Part shown: positions 17,234 through 26,463 of the stretch, one piece after another
Layout: each line of letters starts with the position of its first letter
How positions within the stretch are numbered: position 1 is the stretch's first letter
Source: Gaiellaceae bacterium
Lineage (GTDB): Bacteria; Actinomycetota; Thermoleophilia; Gaiellales; Gaiellaceae
Assembly (NCBI GenBank): GCA_035708345.1
Contig: DASSSR010000009.1
Location: 25-64,024, forward strand
Length of the DNA stretch: 64,000 nt
Reading direction: 5' to 3'
Made by a program: the position numbers and the translations under genes
The notes under the pieces: model-generated
The model's database searches: none
Seen by the model: the letters and a program-made list of their open reading frames with translations, nothing else
What the model was told of the DNA's origin: nothing

Positions 17234-18289
17234 GTGACCCGCATCACCCTCTCGCTCGCCGTCGCGCTCGCCGCGTGCGCGGTGCTCGGCGCCGCCTCGG
17301 CGTCCGCCGACGTCGGGCCGATCCAGACGTCGGCGAAGCACTTCTTCTGGGCGCCGAACCAGTCGGTCGACGCACAGACGACCGCCGACTCGGCGGCGAA
17401 CGACCTCGTCTGGCACGGCGGCAACGCCGGCGCCGGCGCGATCGGCGTCGAGACGCAGCCCGCGGTCTACCTCGTCTTCTGGGGCCCGCAGTGGGCGACC
17501 GGCTTCCAGACGGCAGACACCGACGGGACGCTCTACTCCTCGAAGACGCTGCAGAGCTACCTCAAGGCGTTCTTCGGCAGCGTCGGCGGCAGCCCGTGGG
17601 CGAACATCCAGACGCAGTACTGCAACGTGCTCCTGCCCGGCTCGTCCTCGTGCGTCGGCGGCTCGGGCTTCGTCACCAACCCGACGAAGCAATTGAAGGG
17701 CGTCTGGACGGATCCGACGCCGGTCCCCGACGACATCATCGCGGCCGGGCTCGCGCAGAACCTGATCGACGACCCGATCGCGCAGGAGGCGATCCGCGCC
17801 TCCGCGCACTTCGGCTACGACGCGCAGGCGACGTACATCGTCTTCACGCCGCCCAGCACGATCGCGACCGGTCAGCCCGTCTACTGCGGCTACCACACGC
17901 AGACGTCGAGCGTCGACGGCCTCGGCAACCCGTACCGGATTCAGTACGCGTTCATCCCGTGGCTGAACGAGAACTGGCCGGTGGTCGGCTCGTCCGGCTG
18001 CGGCATGCACTTCGTCAACGCGACCTCTGACGCCTTCGGGAACGGGATCTTCGACGGCTACTCGATCGTCACCGGGCACGAGTACGCCGAGGCGGTCACC
18101 GACCCCGACAACATCGCGTCGTGGCAGGACGGCTGGCTGGACGCGCAGGGGAACGAGAACGGCGACAAGTGCGCGTGGGCCGCGAACACGCAGAACATCA
18201 CGCTCGGCACGCACCAGTTCGCCGTGCAGCCGCTCTGGAGCAACGAGGCGTACGACGCGACCGGCAACGGCTGCGTCGTCGGCCGTTGA
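17234..18289 (+). CDS. Secreted hypothetical protein (Cys-containing, family not recognised)
   Basis: 351 aa with the signal peptide MTRITLSLAVALAACAVLGAASASA. A GGAGG lies 8 nt upstream of the GTG. Confidence 0.75.
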   Translation: MTRITLSLAVALAACAVLGAASASADVGPIQTSAKHFFWAPNQSVDAQTTADSAANDLVWHGGNAGAGAIGVETQPAVYLVFWGPQWATGFQTADTDGTLYSSKTLQSYLKAFFGSVGGSPWANIQTQYCNVLLPGSSSCVGGSGFVTNPTKQLKGVWTDPTPVPDDIIAAGLAQNLIDDPIAQEAIRASAHFGYDAQATYIVFTPPSTIATGQPVYCGYHTQTSSVDGLGNPYRIQYAFIPWLNENWPVVGSSGCGMHFVNATSDAFGNGIFDGYSIVTGHEYAEAVTDPDNIASWQDGWLDAQGNENGDKCAWAANTQNITLGTHQFAVQPLWSNEAYDATGNGCVVGR

Positions 18290-18312
18290 GGGGACGATCT
18301 GCGGCGGCCGGC

Positions 18313-18344
18313 GGCCGGCGGGCGACGAGCGTCGTCCGCCGGCC
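18313..18344 (+). terminator. GC-rich hairpin downstream of 17234..18289 (no U-tract)
   Basis: ggccggcgggcgacg / cgtcgtccgccggcc arms (one G-T pair) starting 24 nt after the stop codon. Confidence 0.4.
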
Positions 18345-18370
18345 GCGTCCCGGCCCGCTCACGGCGGTTC

Positions 18371-18387
18371 CTTACGCGACGCTTACG
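18371..18387 (+). promoter_or_regulatory. Direct repeat CTTACG-N5-CTTACG upstream of the S1C protease gene
   Basis: CTTACG at 18371..18376 and at 18382..18387, which is 25-41 nt upstream of GTG 18412. Confidence 0.3.
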
Positions 18388-18411
18388 GATCCCCGGTACT
18401 AGTGAAGGCCC

Positions 18412-19419
18412 GTGCGTACGCCTCGCCTGCTCGCCGCCGTCGTCACCGCCTCCGCGCTCGCCGTCGGCGGCGCCTCGACCGCGGCCGCCGCGAAGCCCAA
18501 GCCGAAGCCCGCGCCGAAGCCGTCGCCGACGCGGGGCGTCGTGCTCGTGAACACGAACCTCGCGCTCGAGAACGCGAGCGCCGCGGGCACCGGCATCGTC
18601 CTGACGAAGGACGGCGAGGTGCTGACGAACAACCACGTGATCCGCGGCGCGACGACGATCAAGGTCGCCGTCCCGGCGACGAAGAAGACGTACTCCGCCA
18701 CCGTCGTCGGCTACGACATCGTCGACGACATCGCGCTGCTGAAGCTGCAGGGCGCGACGAATCTCGCCACAGCGACGCGCGGCAACTCGGCGACGCTGAA
18801 GCTCGGCGCGTCGACGACCGCGGTCGGGAACGCGAACGGCGGCGGCAAGCTCGTCGTCACGCACGGCCGCGTCACCGCGCTGAACAAGACGATCTCGGTG
18901 CAGGACGACAACGGCGACGTCCACGCGCTCGCGAACCTGATCCAGACGAGCGCACGGCTCGTGCCCGGGGACTCCGGCGGCCCGCTGCTCGACGCGAAGG
19001 GCCGCGTGATCGGCATCGACGCGGCCGGCTCGCCGACCTTCGCGTTCGACGCGAACGCGCCCGGCTACGCGATCCCGATCAACAAGGCGTGGACGATCGT
19101 CGGCCAGATCCGCGCCGGCCGCTCCTCGGCGACGGTGCACATCGGCGAGACGGCGTTCGTCGGCCTCTTCGTGCAGGCGGGCCCGAGCGGCAGCCTCGTC
19201 GTCCAGGACATCGTCGCCGGCTCGCCCGCGGCGCAGGCGGGGCTCGTCAAGGGCGACACGGTCACGTCGATCGACTCCAGGCCGGTGACGACGTTCGACG
19301 ACGTCCGCGACGTGCTCTTCGCACACCATCCCGGCGACTCGATCACCGTCGGCTACACCGACACGCTCGGCAACCAGACGAGCACGACGATCGTGCTCGC
19401 TAGCGGTCCGCCGCAGTAG
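18412..19419 (+). CDS. Secreted trypsin-like serine protease, S1C (HtrA/DegP-like) with a C-terminal PDZ domain
   Basis: Catalytic triad context TNNHVI / DIALLKL / GDSGGPL. A PDZ-like GLFVQAGPSGSLVVQDIVAGSPAAQAGLVKGDTVTSID is present, together with a signal peptide. Confidence 0.9.
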   Translation: MRTPRLLAAVVTASALAVGGASTAAAAKPKPKPAPKPSPTRGVVLVNTNLALENASAAGTGIVLTKDGEVLTNNHVIRGATTIKVAVPATKKTYSATVVGYDIVDDIALLKLQGATNLATATRGNSATLKLGASTTAVGNANGGGKLVVTHGRVTALNKTISVQDDNGDVHALANLIQTSARLVPGDSGGPLLDAKGRVIGIDAAGSPTFAFDANAPGYAIPINKAWTIVGQIRAGRSSATVHIGETAFVGLFVQAGPSGSLVVQDIVAGSPAAQAGLVKGDTVTSIDSRPVTTFDDVRDVLFAHHPGDSITVGYTDTLGNQTSTTIVLASGPPQ

Positions 19420-19858
19420 CGAGCCCGGTCGGCTCGTACCGCTTCACGCGCACGTCGCCGCCGGTGACCGGGCCGCCGCACGCCGCGCAGGTGTGCTCGA
19501 GCTCGAGCTCGGCGCCGCACTCGTGCTCCCACACGGTCACGCGGGAGCAGGGGGCCCAGCGGTCGCCCCAGCGGGCGAGGCCGAGCAGGATCGGGCGCAG
19601 CTCGCGGCCGGCCTCCGTCAGCCGGTACTCGTGGCGCTGCGGCCGCTCCTGGTAGAGCCGCCGCTCGAGCACGCCGACCTCCTCGAGCCGCCGCAGCCGC
19701 GCCGTCAGCACGTCCCGCGGCGCCCCCGTGTTCCGGCGGATCTCGTCGAAGCGGTGGACGCCGAGCGCGAGCTCCCGGACGACGAGGAACGACCACTTCT
19801 CGCCGAGGAAGGCGAGCGACGAGGCGATCGAGCAGGGCCGGGGATCGACGTCGTCCAC
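19400..19858 (-). CDS. HxlR-family transcriptional regulator with a C-terminal Cys-rich (zinc-ribbon-like) tail
   Basis: CSIASSLAFLGEKWSFLVVRELALGVHRFDEIRRNTGAPRDVLTARLRRLEEVGVLER is the HxlR wHTH. The tail reads HECGAELELEHTCAACG. The start is placed at GTG 19858. Confidence 0.85.
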   Translation of the reverse strand: MDDVDPRPCSIASSLAFLGEKWSFLVVRELALGVHRFDEIRRNTGAPRDVLTARLRRLEEVGVLERRLYQERPQRHEYRLTEAGRELRPILLGLARWGDRWAPCSRVTVWEHECGAELELEHTCAACGGPVTGGDVRVKRYEPTGLATAADR

Positions 19859-19880
19859 GGACGCAGTGTGCCAGAGCGGG

Positions 19881-19910
19881 TTGACTTGTCCAACCCGTAA
19901 CGAGTAGGTT
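19881..19910 (+). promoter_or_regulatory. Candidate sigma-70-type promoter for the GNAT gene: TTGACT, 18 nt, TAGGTT
   Basis: -35 TTGACT at 19881..19886 and -10 TAGGTT at 19905..19910. The ATG lies 15 nt downstream, so the leader is very short. The region overlaps the GGGTTG/CAACCC inverted repeat. Confidence 0.3.
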
Positions 19911-19924
19911 TTTCCAACTGACGT

Positions 19925-20422
19925 ATGCACACCCGGCTGATCACCCCCAGGCGCGGCCCGACCCTCCTCGTCCGGCCGCTCCGCGACGGCGACACCGCCA
20001 CCGTGCTCGCCGTCTTCGAGCGGCTCGGCCCGGAGTCGCGCCGGACGCGCTTCAACGGCCCGAAGCCGTGCCTGAGCGACGTCGAGCTCCGCCACCTCGC
20101 CCGCGTCGACGGCTCCCACCACGCGCTCGTCGCCTGGGTGGAGACCGACCCGGCGCCGGCGGCGATCGCCCGGCTCGCGCGCACGGGCCGCGGCAGCGCC
20201 GAGGTCGCCTTCGCCGTCGCGGACGAGTACCAGGCGCGCGGGATCGGCGCCGCGCTCGCCGCGGAGCTCGTCGCCGACGCGCGCATGGCGGGGATCACGG
20301 AGATCACCGCGCTGACCTCGCCCGACAATCCGGCGGCGCTGGCGGTCGTCCGCCGCATCGGCCGGATCGTCGACGTCTGCTTCGAGGGCCCGGAGCTCTC
20401 TGTCCGCGCGGCGATCGCGTAG
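19925..20422 (+). CDS. GNAT-family N-acetyltransferase
   Basis: 165 aa with the acetyl-CoA binding block VADEYQARGIGAALAAELV. Confidence 0.85.
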   Translation: MHTRLITPRRGPTLLVRPLRDGDTATVLAVFERLGPESRRTRFNGPKPCLSDVELRHLARVDGSHHALVAWVETDPAPAAIARLARTGRGSAEVAFAVADEYQARGIGAALAAELVADARMAGITEITALTSPDNPAALAVVRRIGRIVDVCFEGPELSVRAAIA

Positions 20423-20436
20423 CTACATTCCGCGGC

Positions 20437-21780
20437 ATGGAGCTGCGCGGGCTGATCGAGAACGCCGGCGACGCGCACGAGCTCTGGGCGCGCACGATCA
20501 ATCCGCAGTTCGTGCGCGTGCTGCGCACGATCGGCTTCGACCGCGACTGGGCCCGCAGCGAGGGGGCCTACCTCTACGACGCGAACGGCGACCGCTATCT
20601 CGACATGCTCGGCGGCTTCGGGATGTACAACGTCGGCCGCAACAACGCGCGCATCCGCGCCGCCCTCGTCGAGGCGCTCGAGCTCGACACGCCGGGGATG
20701 CTGGCGATGGGCGTCACGCCGCTCCCGGGCCTGCTCGCCGACGCGCTGCTCCGGCGCACGCCGCCGCGGCTCGAGCGCTGCCTCTTCACGAGCTCCGGCA
20801 CCGAGGCGATCGAGGCGGCGCTGAAGCTCGGCCGCGCCGCGACGAAGCGGCCGCGCGTCCTCTCCGCCGAGCACGGCTTCCACGGGCTGACGCTCGGCTC
20901 GCTGAGCGCGAACGGGAACCCGGAGTTCACGGCGCGGTTCCAGCCGCTGCTGCCCGGCTTCGACCGCGTCCCCTTCGGCGACCTCGACGCGCTCGAGCGC
21001 GAGCTTCGGCGCGAGGACGTTGCGCTCTTCCTCGTCGAGCCGGTCCAGGGGAAGGGCGTCAACCTGCCGCCCGCCGGCTACCTCGAGGGCGCGCAGGAGC
21101 TGTGCCGCCGCTACGGGACGCTCTTCGCCGTCGACGAGATCCAGACGGGCTTCGGCCGCACGGGGACGCTGTTCGCGTTCGAGCACTGGGGGCTCGAGCC
21201 GGATCTCGTGCCGGTCGCGAAGTCGCTCTCGGGCGGCTACGTGCCGGTCGGCGCGCTGCTGATGTCGCGGCGCGTGCACGAGGCCATCTTCGACTCGATG
21301 TCGAACGCGCTCTCGCACGGCTCGACGTTCGCGCCGAACGAGCTGGCGATGGCGGCGGGGCTCGCGACGCTCGAGGAGCTCGACCGCGAACGGCTCGTCG
21401 AGCGCTCCGCCCGGCTCGGCGAGCGCCTGCTCGGGCTGACGCAGCCGCTCGTCGAGGAGTTCGACGTCGTCCGCGAGGTGCGCGGGCTCGGGCTGATGTG
21501 GGCGATCGAGTTCGAGGGCGACAGCCGGATGTACCGGCTGCTCGAGCGCGCGCAGCGCGGCCTCTTCGCGCAGCTCGTCGTCGTGCCGCTCTTCCGCGAC
21601 CACAGGATCCTCACGCAGGTGGCCGGCCACAACATGGCCGTCGTCAAGGTTCTGCCGCCGCTGATGCTCGCGGACGAGGATCTCGAGCAATTCGCCGAGG
21701 CGCTGCGCGAGACGGTCGGGCAGGCGCGGCGGATGCCGAGCTCGCTGACGAAGTTCGCGCTCGCCGCGGCGCGGCGCTGA
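20437..21780 (+). CDS. Class-III (PLP-dependent) aminotransferase, acetylornithine/putrescine/GABA-aminotransferase-like
   Basis: Motifs TSSGTEAIEAALKL, FHGLTLGSLS, VDEIQTGFGRTG and PVAKSLSGG (the PLP lysine). ATG 20437 in the frame of track ORF 20068..21780. Confidence 0.9.
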   Translation: MELRGLIENAGDAHELWARTINPQFVRVLRTIGFDRDWARSEGAYLYDANGDRYLDMLGGFGMYNVGRNNARIRAALVEALELDTPGMLAMGVTPLPGLLADALLRRTPPRLERCLFTSSGTEAIEAALKLGRAATKRPRVLSAEHGFHGLTLGSLSANGNPEFTARFQPLLPGFDRVPFGDLDALERELRREDVALFLVEPVQGKGVNLPPAGYLEGAQELCRRYGTLFAVDEIQTGFGRTGTLFAFEHWGLEPDLVPVAKSLSGGYVPVGALLMSRRVHEAIFDSMSNALSHGSTFAPNELAMAAGLATLEELDRERLVERSARLGERLLGLTQPLVEEFDVVREVRGLGLMWAIEFEGDSRMYRLLERAQRGLFAQLVVVPLFRDHRILTQVAGHNMAVVKVLPPLMLADEDLEQFAEALRETVGQARRMPSSLTKFALAAARR

Positions 21781-21786
21781 GAGCTC

Positions 21787-22152
21787 TCAGAGCTCGGAAC
21801 CGAGCTCGCCGAGGTCGGCGCGGGCGTGGATGCACGCGGTCGCCCAGTCGTTCGCGAGCTCGAGCACCCGGTCGGAGAGCTCGTCGACGTCGAGGCCCGC
21901 GTACTCCGGCGCGACCTCGATCACCACCTGGCGCAGCGACGCCTCGCGGTCGCCGCCGAACTCGTGCCGCTCCTCGGCGACGATCGCGAACGACTCCACC
22001 TCGCCGCGCAGCCGGCGGGCGAGGTCGTCGATCTCCGCCTGCGTCGCGTTCCGGCCGGCGAACACGCCGAAGTTGACGCGGATCTCCAGCGCGACCTCCG
22101 GCGGCTCCGGGGCGCGGAAGACGAGCTCGGTCACGATGCCGTCGGCTCCCAT
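21787..22152 (-). CDS. Small acidic hypothetical protein, last gene of the SixA/ABC-2 operon
   Basis: 121 aa from ATG 22152 (MGADGIVTELVFRAPEPPE..). It overlaps the permease 3' end by 22 nt. Confidence 0.55.
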   Translation of the reverse strand: MGADGIVTELVFRAPEPPEVALEIRVNFGVFAGRNATQAEIDDLARRLRGEVESFAIVAEERHEFGGDREASLRQVVIEVAPEYAGLDVDELSDRVLELANDWATACIHARADLGELGSEL

Positions 22153-22871
22153 CGAAACTTCAACGTCGCGAGCACCAATCCGGCTACGCCCCAGGCGGCG
22201 AGCACGCCGATCGCCTCCGGCCGCGACCAGAAGGAGTGGTGGTGCAGGTAGACGGCGTTCGTCAGGTCGACGAGGTACTTGAGCGGGAGCACGTCGCCGA
22301 TCGCCCGCAGCACCTGTGGATAGTGCTGCGTCGGCCCGAAGGCGCCGGTGAGGAACGCCATCGGCAGCACGATCAGGTTGACGACCGCCGACGAGCCTTC
22401 CGCCGAGCGGACGAGCCCGGAGAGGCCGATCCCGAGCGCCGCGAAGCACGCGATCCCGAAGACGACGACGAGCACGATCGAGCCGACCCGCGACGGGAAC
22501 GGCGTCCCGAACACGGCCCTCCCGAGCAGGAAGAGCGCGACCGTCTGGATCGCGAAGACGACGAGCGTCGACGCGAGCAGCGCGAGCACGTACGTCGGCG
22601 GCGGCAGCGGCGTCGCGCGCAGCCGCTTCAGCAGCGACTGCTCGCGCCGGATCACGAGCGTGATCGCGAGCCCCGCGAAGGCGACCATCGTGCAGCCGTA
22701 CGCGAGCAGCGCCGCCAGCAGCGCCTCGGACGCCGGCACGCCGTAGATCCGCCCCGAGTAGACCGACCCGAGCAGCACGAACAGCAGCAGCGGGAAGATG
22801 AACGTGAAGACCGCCGACTCGCGCGAGCGCCAGTAGAGCAGCTGCTCCGTCCGCAGCTGGTGCAGGAACAT
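22131..22871 (-). CDS. ABC-2 family transporter permease
   Basis: The 246-aa translation MFLHQLRTEQLLYWRSRESAVFTFIFPLLLF.. has 6 TM segments. The ATG lies 2 nt after the ATPase stop. Confidence 0.85.
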   Translation of the reverse strand: MFLHQLRTEQLLYWRSRESAVFTFIFPLLLFVLLGSVYSGRIYGVPASEALLAALLAYGCTMVAFAGLAITLVIRREQSLLKRLRATPLPPPTYVLALLASTLVVFAIQTVALFLLGRAVFGTPFPSRVGSIVLVVVFGIACFAALGIGLSGLVRSAEGSSAVVNLIVLPMAFLTGAFGPTQHYPQVLRAIGDVLPLKYLVDLTNAVYLHHHSFWSRPEAIGVLAAWGVAGLVLATLKFRWEPTAS

Positions 22872-22873
22872 CC

Positions 22874-23755
22874 TCACGCCTCGACCTCCTCGTCCTGGAC
22901 GAGGGCGAGGTAGACCTCCTCGAGCGTCGGCCGCCGCACCTCGAGCCGCTCCAGCTCCCCGCCGCGCGCGAGCGCCTCCGAGGTCAGCTCGTGCAGCACG
23001 CGCGTCGCGTCGGCGGTGCGCAGCAGCACCTCCTCGCCGTCGCGGCGGTAGCGGATCTCCACCTCGACCTCCGCCGAGGTCAGCTCGCGCGGCGTGCCGA
23101 CCCGCACGATCCGGCCCTCGCGCATGACGGCGACGCGGTCGGCGAGCTGCTCCGCCTCGTCGAGGTAGTGCGTCGTCAGCAGGACGGTCTTGCCGAGCGA
23201 GCGCAGCGACCGGATCATCTCCCACGCTGCGCGCCGCGCCGCCGGGTCGAAGCCGGTCGTCGGCTCGTCGAGGAAGACGAGGTCGGGATCGCCGACGAGC
23301 GCGACGCCGAGGTCGAGGCGGCGCTTCTGCCCGCCCGAGAGGGACTTCACCCGCGCGCCCCGCTTCTCGCCGAGGCCGACGAGCTCGATCACCTCGTCGA
23401 CGTCCCGCGGCCGCGCGTAGTAGCCGGCGAACGCCCGGTGCACCTCCTGCACGGTCAGGTTCGGCCAGAGGTCGGACTGCTGCAGGACGACGCCGATCCG
23501 CTGCCGGAACTCGGGCCCCGGGCGCTGCGGGTCGTGCCCGAGCACGGTCACCTCGCCGGCGTCGCGCTCGCGGTAGCCCTCGAGGATCTCCACCGTCGTC
23601 GTCTTGCCGGCGCCGTTCGGGCCGAGCAGCCCGAACACCTCGCCCTCCTCGATCTCGAAGTCGACGCCGCGCACGGCTGCGAGCCCGCCGTACGACTTGC
23701 GGAGCCCGTGGACGGAGATCGCCCTCACGAAAGCTCGACCGTCACGTGTCCGCAC
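22874..23755 (-). CDS. ABC transporter ATP-binding protein (DrrA-like). The alternative GTG 23728 gives a GTGA overlap with the upstream gene.
   Basis: Walker A GPNGAGKTT, signature LSGGQKRRL, Walker B VFLDEPT. Confidence 0.9.
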   Translation of the reverse strand: MRTRDGRAFVRAISVHGLRKSYGGLAAVRGVDFEIEEGEVFGLLGPNGAGKTTTVEILEGYRERDAGEVTVLGHDPQRPGPEFRQRIGVVLQQSDLWPNLTVQEVHRAFAGYYARPRDVDEVIELVGLGEKRGARVKSLSGGQKRRLDLGVALVGDPDLVFLDEPTTGFDPAARRAAWEMIRSLRSLGKTVLLTTHYLDEAEQLADRVAVMREGRIVRVGTPRELTSAEVEVEIRYRRDGEEVLLRTADATRVLHELTSEALARGGELERLEVRRPTLEEVYLALVQDEEVEA

Positions 23756-24105
23756 GGCGGGAAGGCCGGCTCCGGCCCGCCGGTCAGCGCCGCGGCCGCC
23801 CGGCCGCAGTCGGGCTGGTGGCCGACGACGACCACCGTCTCGCCGCGGCCCTCCGCGGCGGCGCGCACGTCGTCGGGCTCCGCGCCCGGCGCGAGCCGCT
23901 CGTCGACCGCCGGCTCGCCGAGGCCGAGCGCCGCAGCCGTCTCGCGGGCGCGCAGCAGCGGGCTGCAGACGACCGCGTCGACGTTTTCCGTCCCCAGCTC
24001 CGCGCCGAGGCGGCGTGCCTGCCTACGGCCCGCCGCGGTCAGCGGACGCAGCTCGTCGGGATGTCCCGACGCCGCTTCCGCATGGCGGACGATCACGAGG
24101 CGCAT
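23725..24105 (-). CDS. Histidine-phosphatase superfamily protein, SixA-like phosphohistidine phosphatase
   Basis: MRLVIVRHAEA (the RHG motif region) ...SPLLRARETA...VVVGHQP. Confidence 0.8.
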   Translation of the reverse strand: MRLVIVRHAEAASGHPDELRPLTAAGRRQARRLGAELGTENVDAVVCSPLLRARETAAALGLGEPAVDERLAPGAEPDDVRAAAEGRGETVVVVGHQPDCGRAAAALTGGPEPAFPPCGHVTVELS

Positions 24106-24419
24106 CGAGGCCAGGATAGTCTCGCGCCATCGGGATCCCGGCTCTCGAAGGCGTCGCGGCATTCCTGCTCGTCGCGGGTCTCGCCGTCGACGACGGCGGC
24201 TTCGACGCGGTCTCGTGGAACCGTGCGCTGCTCGGCCTCGCGCTCGTCCTGCTCGCGTTCGGCGCGCGCCGGAGCACGCGCACGGGCGGGATCGTCGTCT
24301 GCGCGGCGGTCGCGCTGACGGCGTGGACGGCGCTCTCGTACGTCTGGTCCGAGTCGCCGCCGCTCGCGCTCGCGGAGGCGCAGCGCGTCGCCCTGTACGC
24401 CGCGGTCGTCGCGGCGGTC

Positions 24420-25511
24420 GTGCTCGTCGCGCCGCACGTGCCGGTCTGGAGCGTCGTCGCCGGCACGACCGTCGTCGCCGTCTGGAACCTCGTCACGCGC
24501 GCGAACGGGCTCGGCTCCGGCACCGGCGCCGGCTCCGAGCCGGTCGGGTACGCGAACGCGCTCGCGCTTCTCTGCGTGCTCGGGCTCGTGCTGCTGCCGG
24601 CGCTGCCGCGCCTCGCCTGGCCGGCTGCGGCGCCGCTCGTCGCGGTGCTCGTCCTGCAGCACAGCGACGGCGCATACGCGGCGCTCGCCGTCGGCGTCGT
24701 CGCGTACGTCGTCCGCCGCCGCAGCCTGCGCCTCGCGCTCGTCGCCGCCGCGGTCGGGCTGCTGCTCGCCTCGCCCTTCTTCGCCGGCGGCCACGAGCGC
24801 AACCGCTACTGGCGCGTCGCGGCGCGCGAGGCGCACGCGCACCCGCTGCTCGGCTCGGGCGCCGGCACGTACGGGAACTGGTGGGTGCGCGAGCGCACGG
24901 TGCCGCAGCAGACGCAGGAGGCGCACTCGCTCTACGTCGAGACGTGGGCCGAGCTGGGGCCGTTCGGGCTCGCGCTCGTGCTCGTCCTGCTCGCCGTGCC
25001 GCTCGCGGTCACCCGCCGGCCGGAGCTCGCCGCCGGCATCGCCGCCTACGCCGCCGGCGCGGCCGTCGACTTCCACTGGGAGCTCGCCGGCGTGACCGCG
25101 CCGGCGCTGATCCTCGTCGGGCTCGCCGTCGCCGACCCACGCCGGCGGCGGCCGCTGCCCGTGCGCGGCCTCGCGCTCGCCGTCGGCGTCGCGGCGCTGC
25201 TCGCCTACCTCGGCAACGCGCGGCTCTCGGCGGCGCAGGACGCGGCGCAGCGGGGCGACTTCGCCGCCGCGCGGAGCGACGCGCAGGCCGCGCTGCGCTG
25301 GCAGCCGTACTCGCCGGAGCCCTGGCGCCTGCTCGGCGACGTCTCGTCCTCGCGGGCGGAGCGCGTCGACGCCTACCGCCGCGCGACCGAGCTCGATCCC
25401 GCCGACTGGAGCCTCTGGCAGCGGCTCGGCGGCGTCGCGAGGGGGGAGCTGCGCCGCCTCGCCGAGGCGAAGGCGGCGCAGCTGAATCCGCTCGGTGCTA
25501 GCGGATCTTGA
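24420..25511 (+). CDS. O-antigen ligase (Wzy_C)-like membrane protein with a C-terminal TPR-like region. The membrane-like reading frame continues upstream to 24120 without a canonical start.
   Basis: The block AHAHPLLGSGAGTYGNWW..EAHSLYVETWAELG is typical of the O-antigen ligase family. The C-terminus has TPR-like helices. Confidence 0.75.
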   Translation: MLVAPHVPVWSVVAGTTVVAVWNLVTRANGLGSGTGAGSEPVGYANALALLCVLGLVLLPALPRLAWPAAAPLVAVLVLQHSDGAYAALAVGVVAYVVRRRSLRLALVAAAVGLLLASPFFAGGHERNRYWRVAAREAHAHPLLGSGAGTYGNWWVRERTVPQQTQEAHSLYVETWAELGPFGLALVLVLLAVPLAVTRRPELAAGIAAYAAGAAVDFHWELAGVTAPALILVGLAVADPRRRRPLPVRGLALAVGVAALLAYLGNARLSAAQDAAQRGDFAAARSDAQAALRWQPYSPEPWRLLGDVSSSRAERVDAYRRATELDPADWSLWQRLGGVARGELRRLAEAKAAQLNPLGASGS

Positions 25512-26307
25512 CCTGCACGAGCCGGCGCGTCGACGCGCCGACGAGCAGCGGCTGACCCTCGGCGCGCGCCCGCACGAACATCACGAGCGCCGTGCCACGG
25601 CGGGTCGGCATGTTGATCGTCGGGACGACGGTGATCGTCGCCCAACCGTTCATGTCCGTCTTCACCTCGGGGTTGCTGCGGGCCCACGAGTACGGCAGGC
25701 CGGTCAGCTTGACCAGCGCGTCGCGGACGACGTAGCCGCGGGTGTCCACGACGTGCACGCGCTCCGCGAACGGCCGCCGGGAGGCGATCCTCGCCGGCGA
25801 CACGCGGTCGATGATCAGCCGCTCCGGCAGCGCCACGCTCGACGCCGGGATCGACGTCTGGCCCTGCGGCGTCTTGATCGCGCCGGCGGGACCGGGCTGT
25901 CCGACGATCGCCGTCTGCGCGGAGGTCGCCGAGCCGGAGCCGCTCGAGTTCGTCGCCGTGACGACGACGCGGAGCGTCTTGTTGACGTCGTCCGAGGTCA
26001 CCTTGTACGTCTGGCCGGTCGCGCCCGAGATCGCGGCGCAGTTGTTCCCGGCCGTGTCGCAGCGCTGCCACTGGTACGTGTACGTCGGCGTCGTGCTGCT
26101 GTTCCACGTGCCGGTCGTCGCGGTCAGCGTCTGGCCGACCTGAGCGGTGCCGCCGATCGTCGGGGCGGCCGAGTTCGTCGGCGCGTAGTTCGCCTGCGCC
26201 GCCGAGCTCTGCGCGAGGCCGGTGCCGGCGATCGCGGTGAGCGCGACGACGAGCAGGACGAGCGCGGCCGCGCCGCCGAGCAGGCGCGGAAGAGCTTTGC
26301 GAGTCAT
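25498..26307 (-). CDS. Secreted protein with an Ig-like repeat module
   Basis: Signal peptide present. The module PTIGGTAQVGQTLTATTGTWNSSTTPTYTYQWQRCDTAGNNCAAISGATGQTYKVTSDDVNKTLRVVVTATN is a recurrent actinobacterial Ig-like repeat. Confidence 0.75.
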   Translation of the reverse strand: MTRKALPRLLGGAAALVLLVVALTAIAGTGLAQSSAAQANYAPTNSAAPTIGGTAQVGQTLTATTGTWNSSTTPTYTYQWQRCDTAGNNCAAISGATGQTYKVTSDDVNKTLRVVVTATNSSGSGSATSAQTAIVGQPGPAGAIKTPQGQTSIPASSVALPERLIIDRVSPARIASRRPFAERVHVVDTRGYVVRDALVKLTGLPYSWARSNPEVKTDMNGWATITVVPTINMPTRRGTALVMFVRARAEGQPLLVGASTRRLVQVKIR

Positions 26308-26375
26308 CGAACCTCCTCGTTTCTGATGCTTTCGGAGAAGATCGATACCCGTTGAAACGCGGAGGAGAACGTTCT

Positions 26376-26392
26376 TTTACAGGACTCTTACG
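26376..26392 (+). promoter_or_regulatory. Direct repeat TTTACA-N5-CTTACG with 11-bp phasing in the divergent region between 25498..26307 and phzF-like
   Basis: TTTACA at 26376..26381 and CTTACG at 26387..26392. Confidence 0.25.
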
Positions 26393-26463
26393 CCCTCGCC
26401 CGGATCCGCGCGCCCCTCCGCGGGCTGCGCACGCCAGGGCGCGCTCGTGGTTGACTGGTTCGG

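Noticed and set aside
23746-24318. 190-aa plus-strand ORF considered as a possible 5' extension or frameshifted N-terminus of the O-antigen ligase.
   Set aside because: It is antisense to the SixA-like gene, Arg/Ala-rich and without TM segments. It does not supply a plausible N-terminus.
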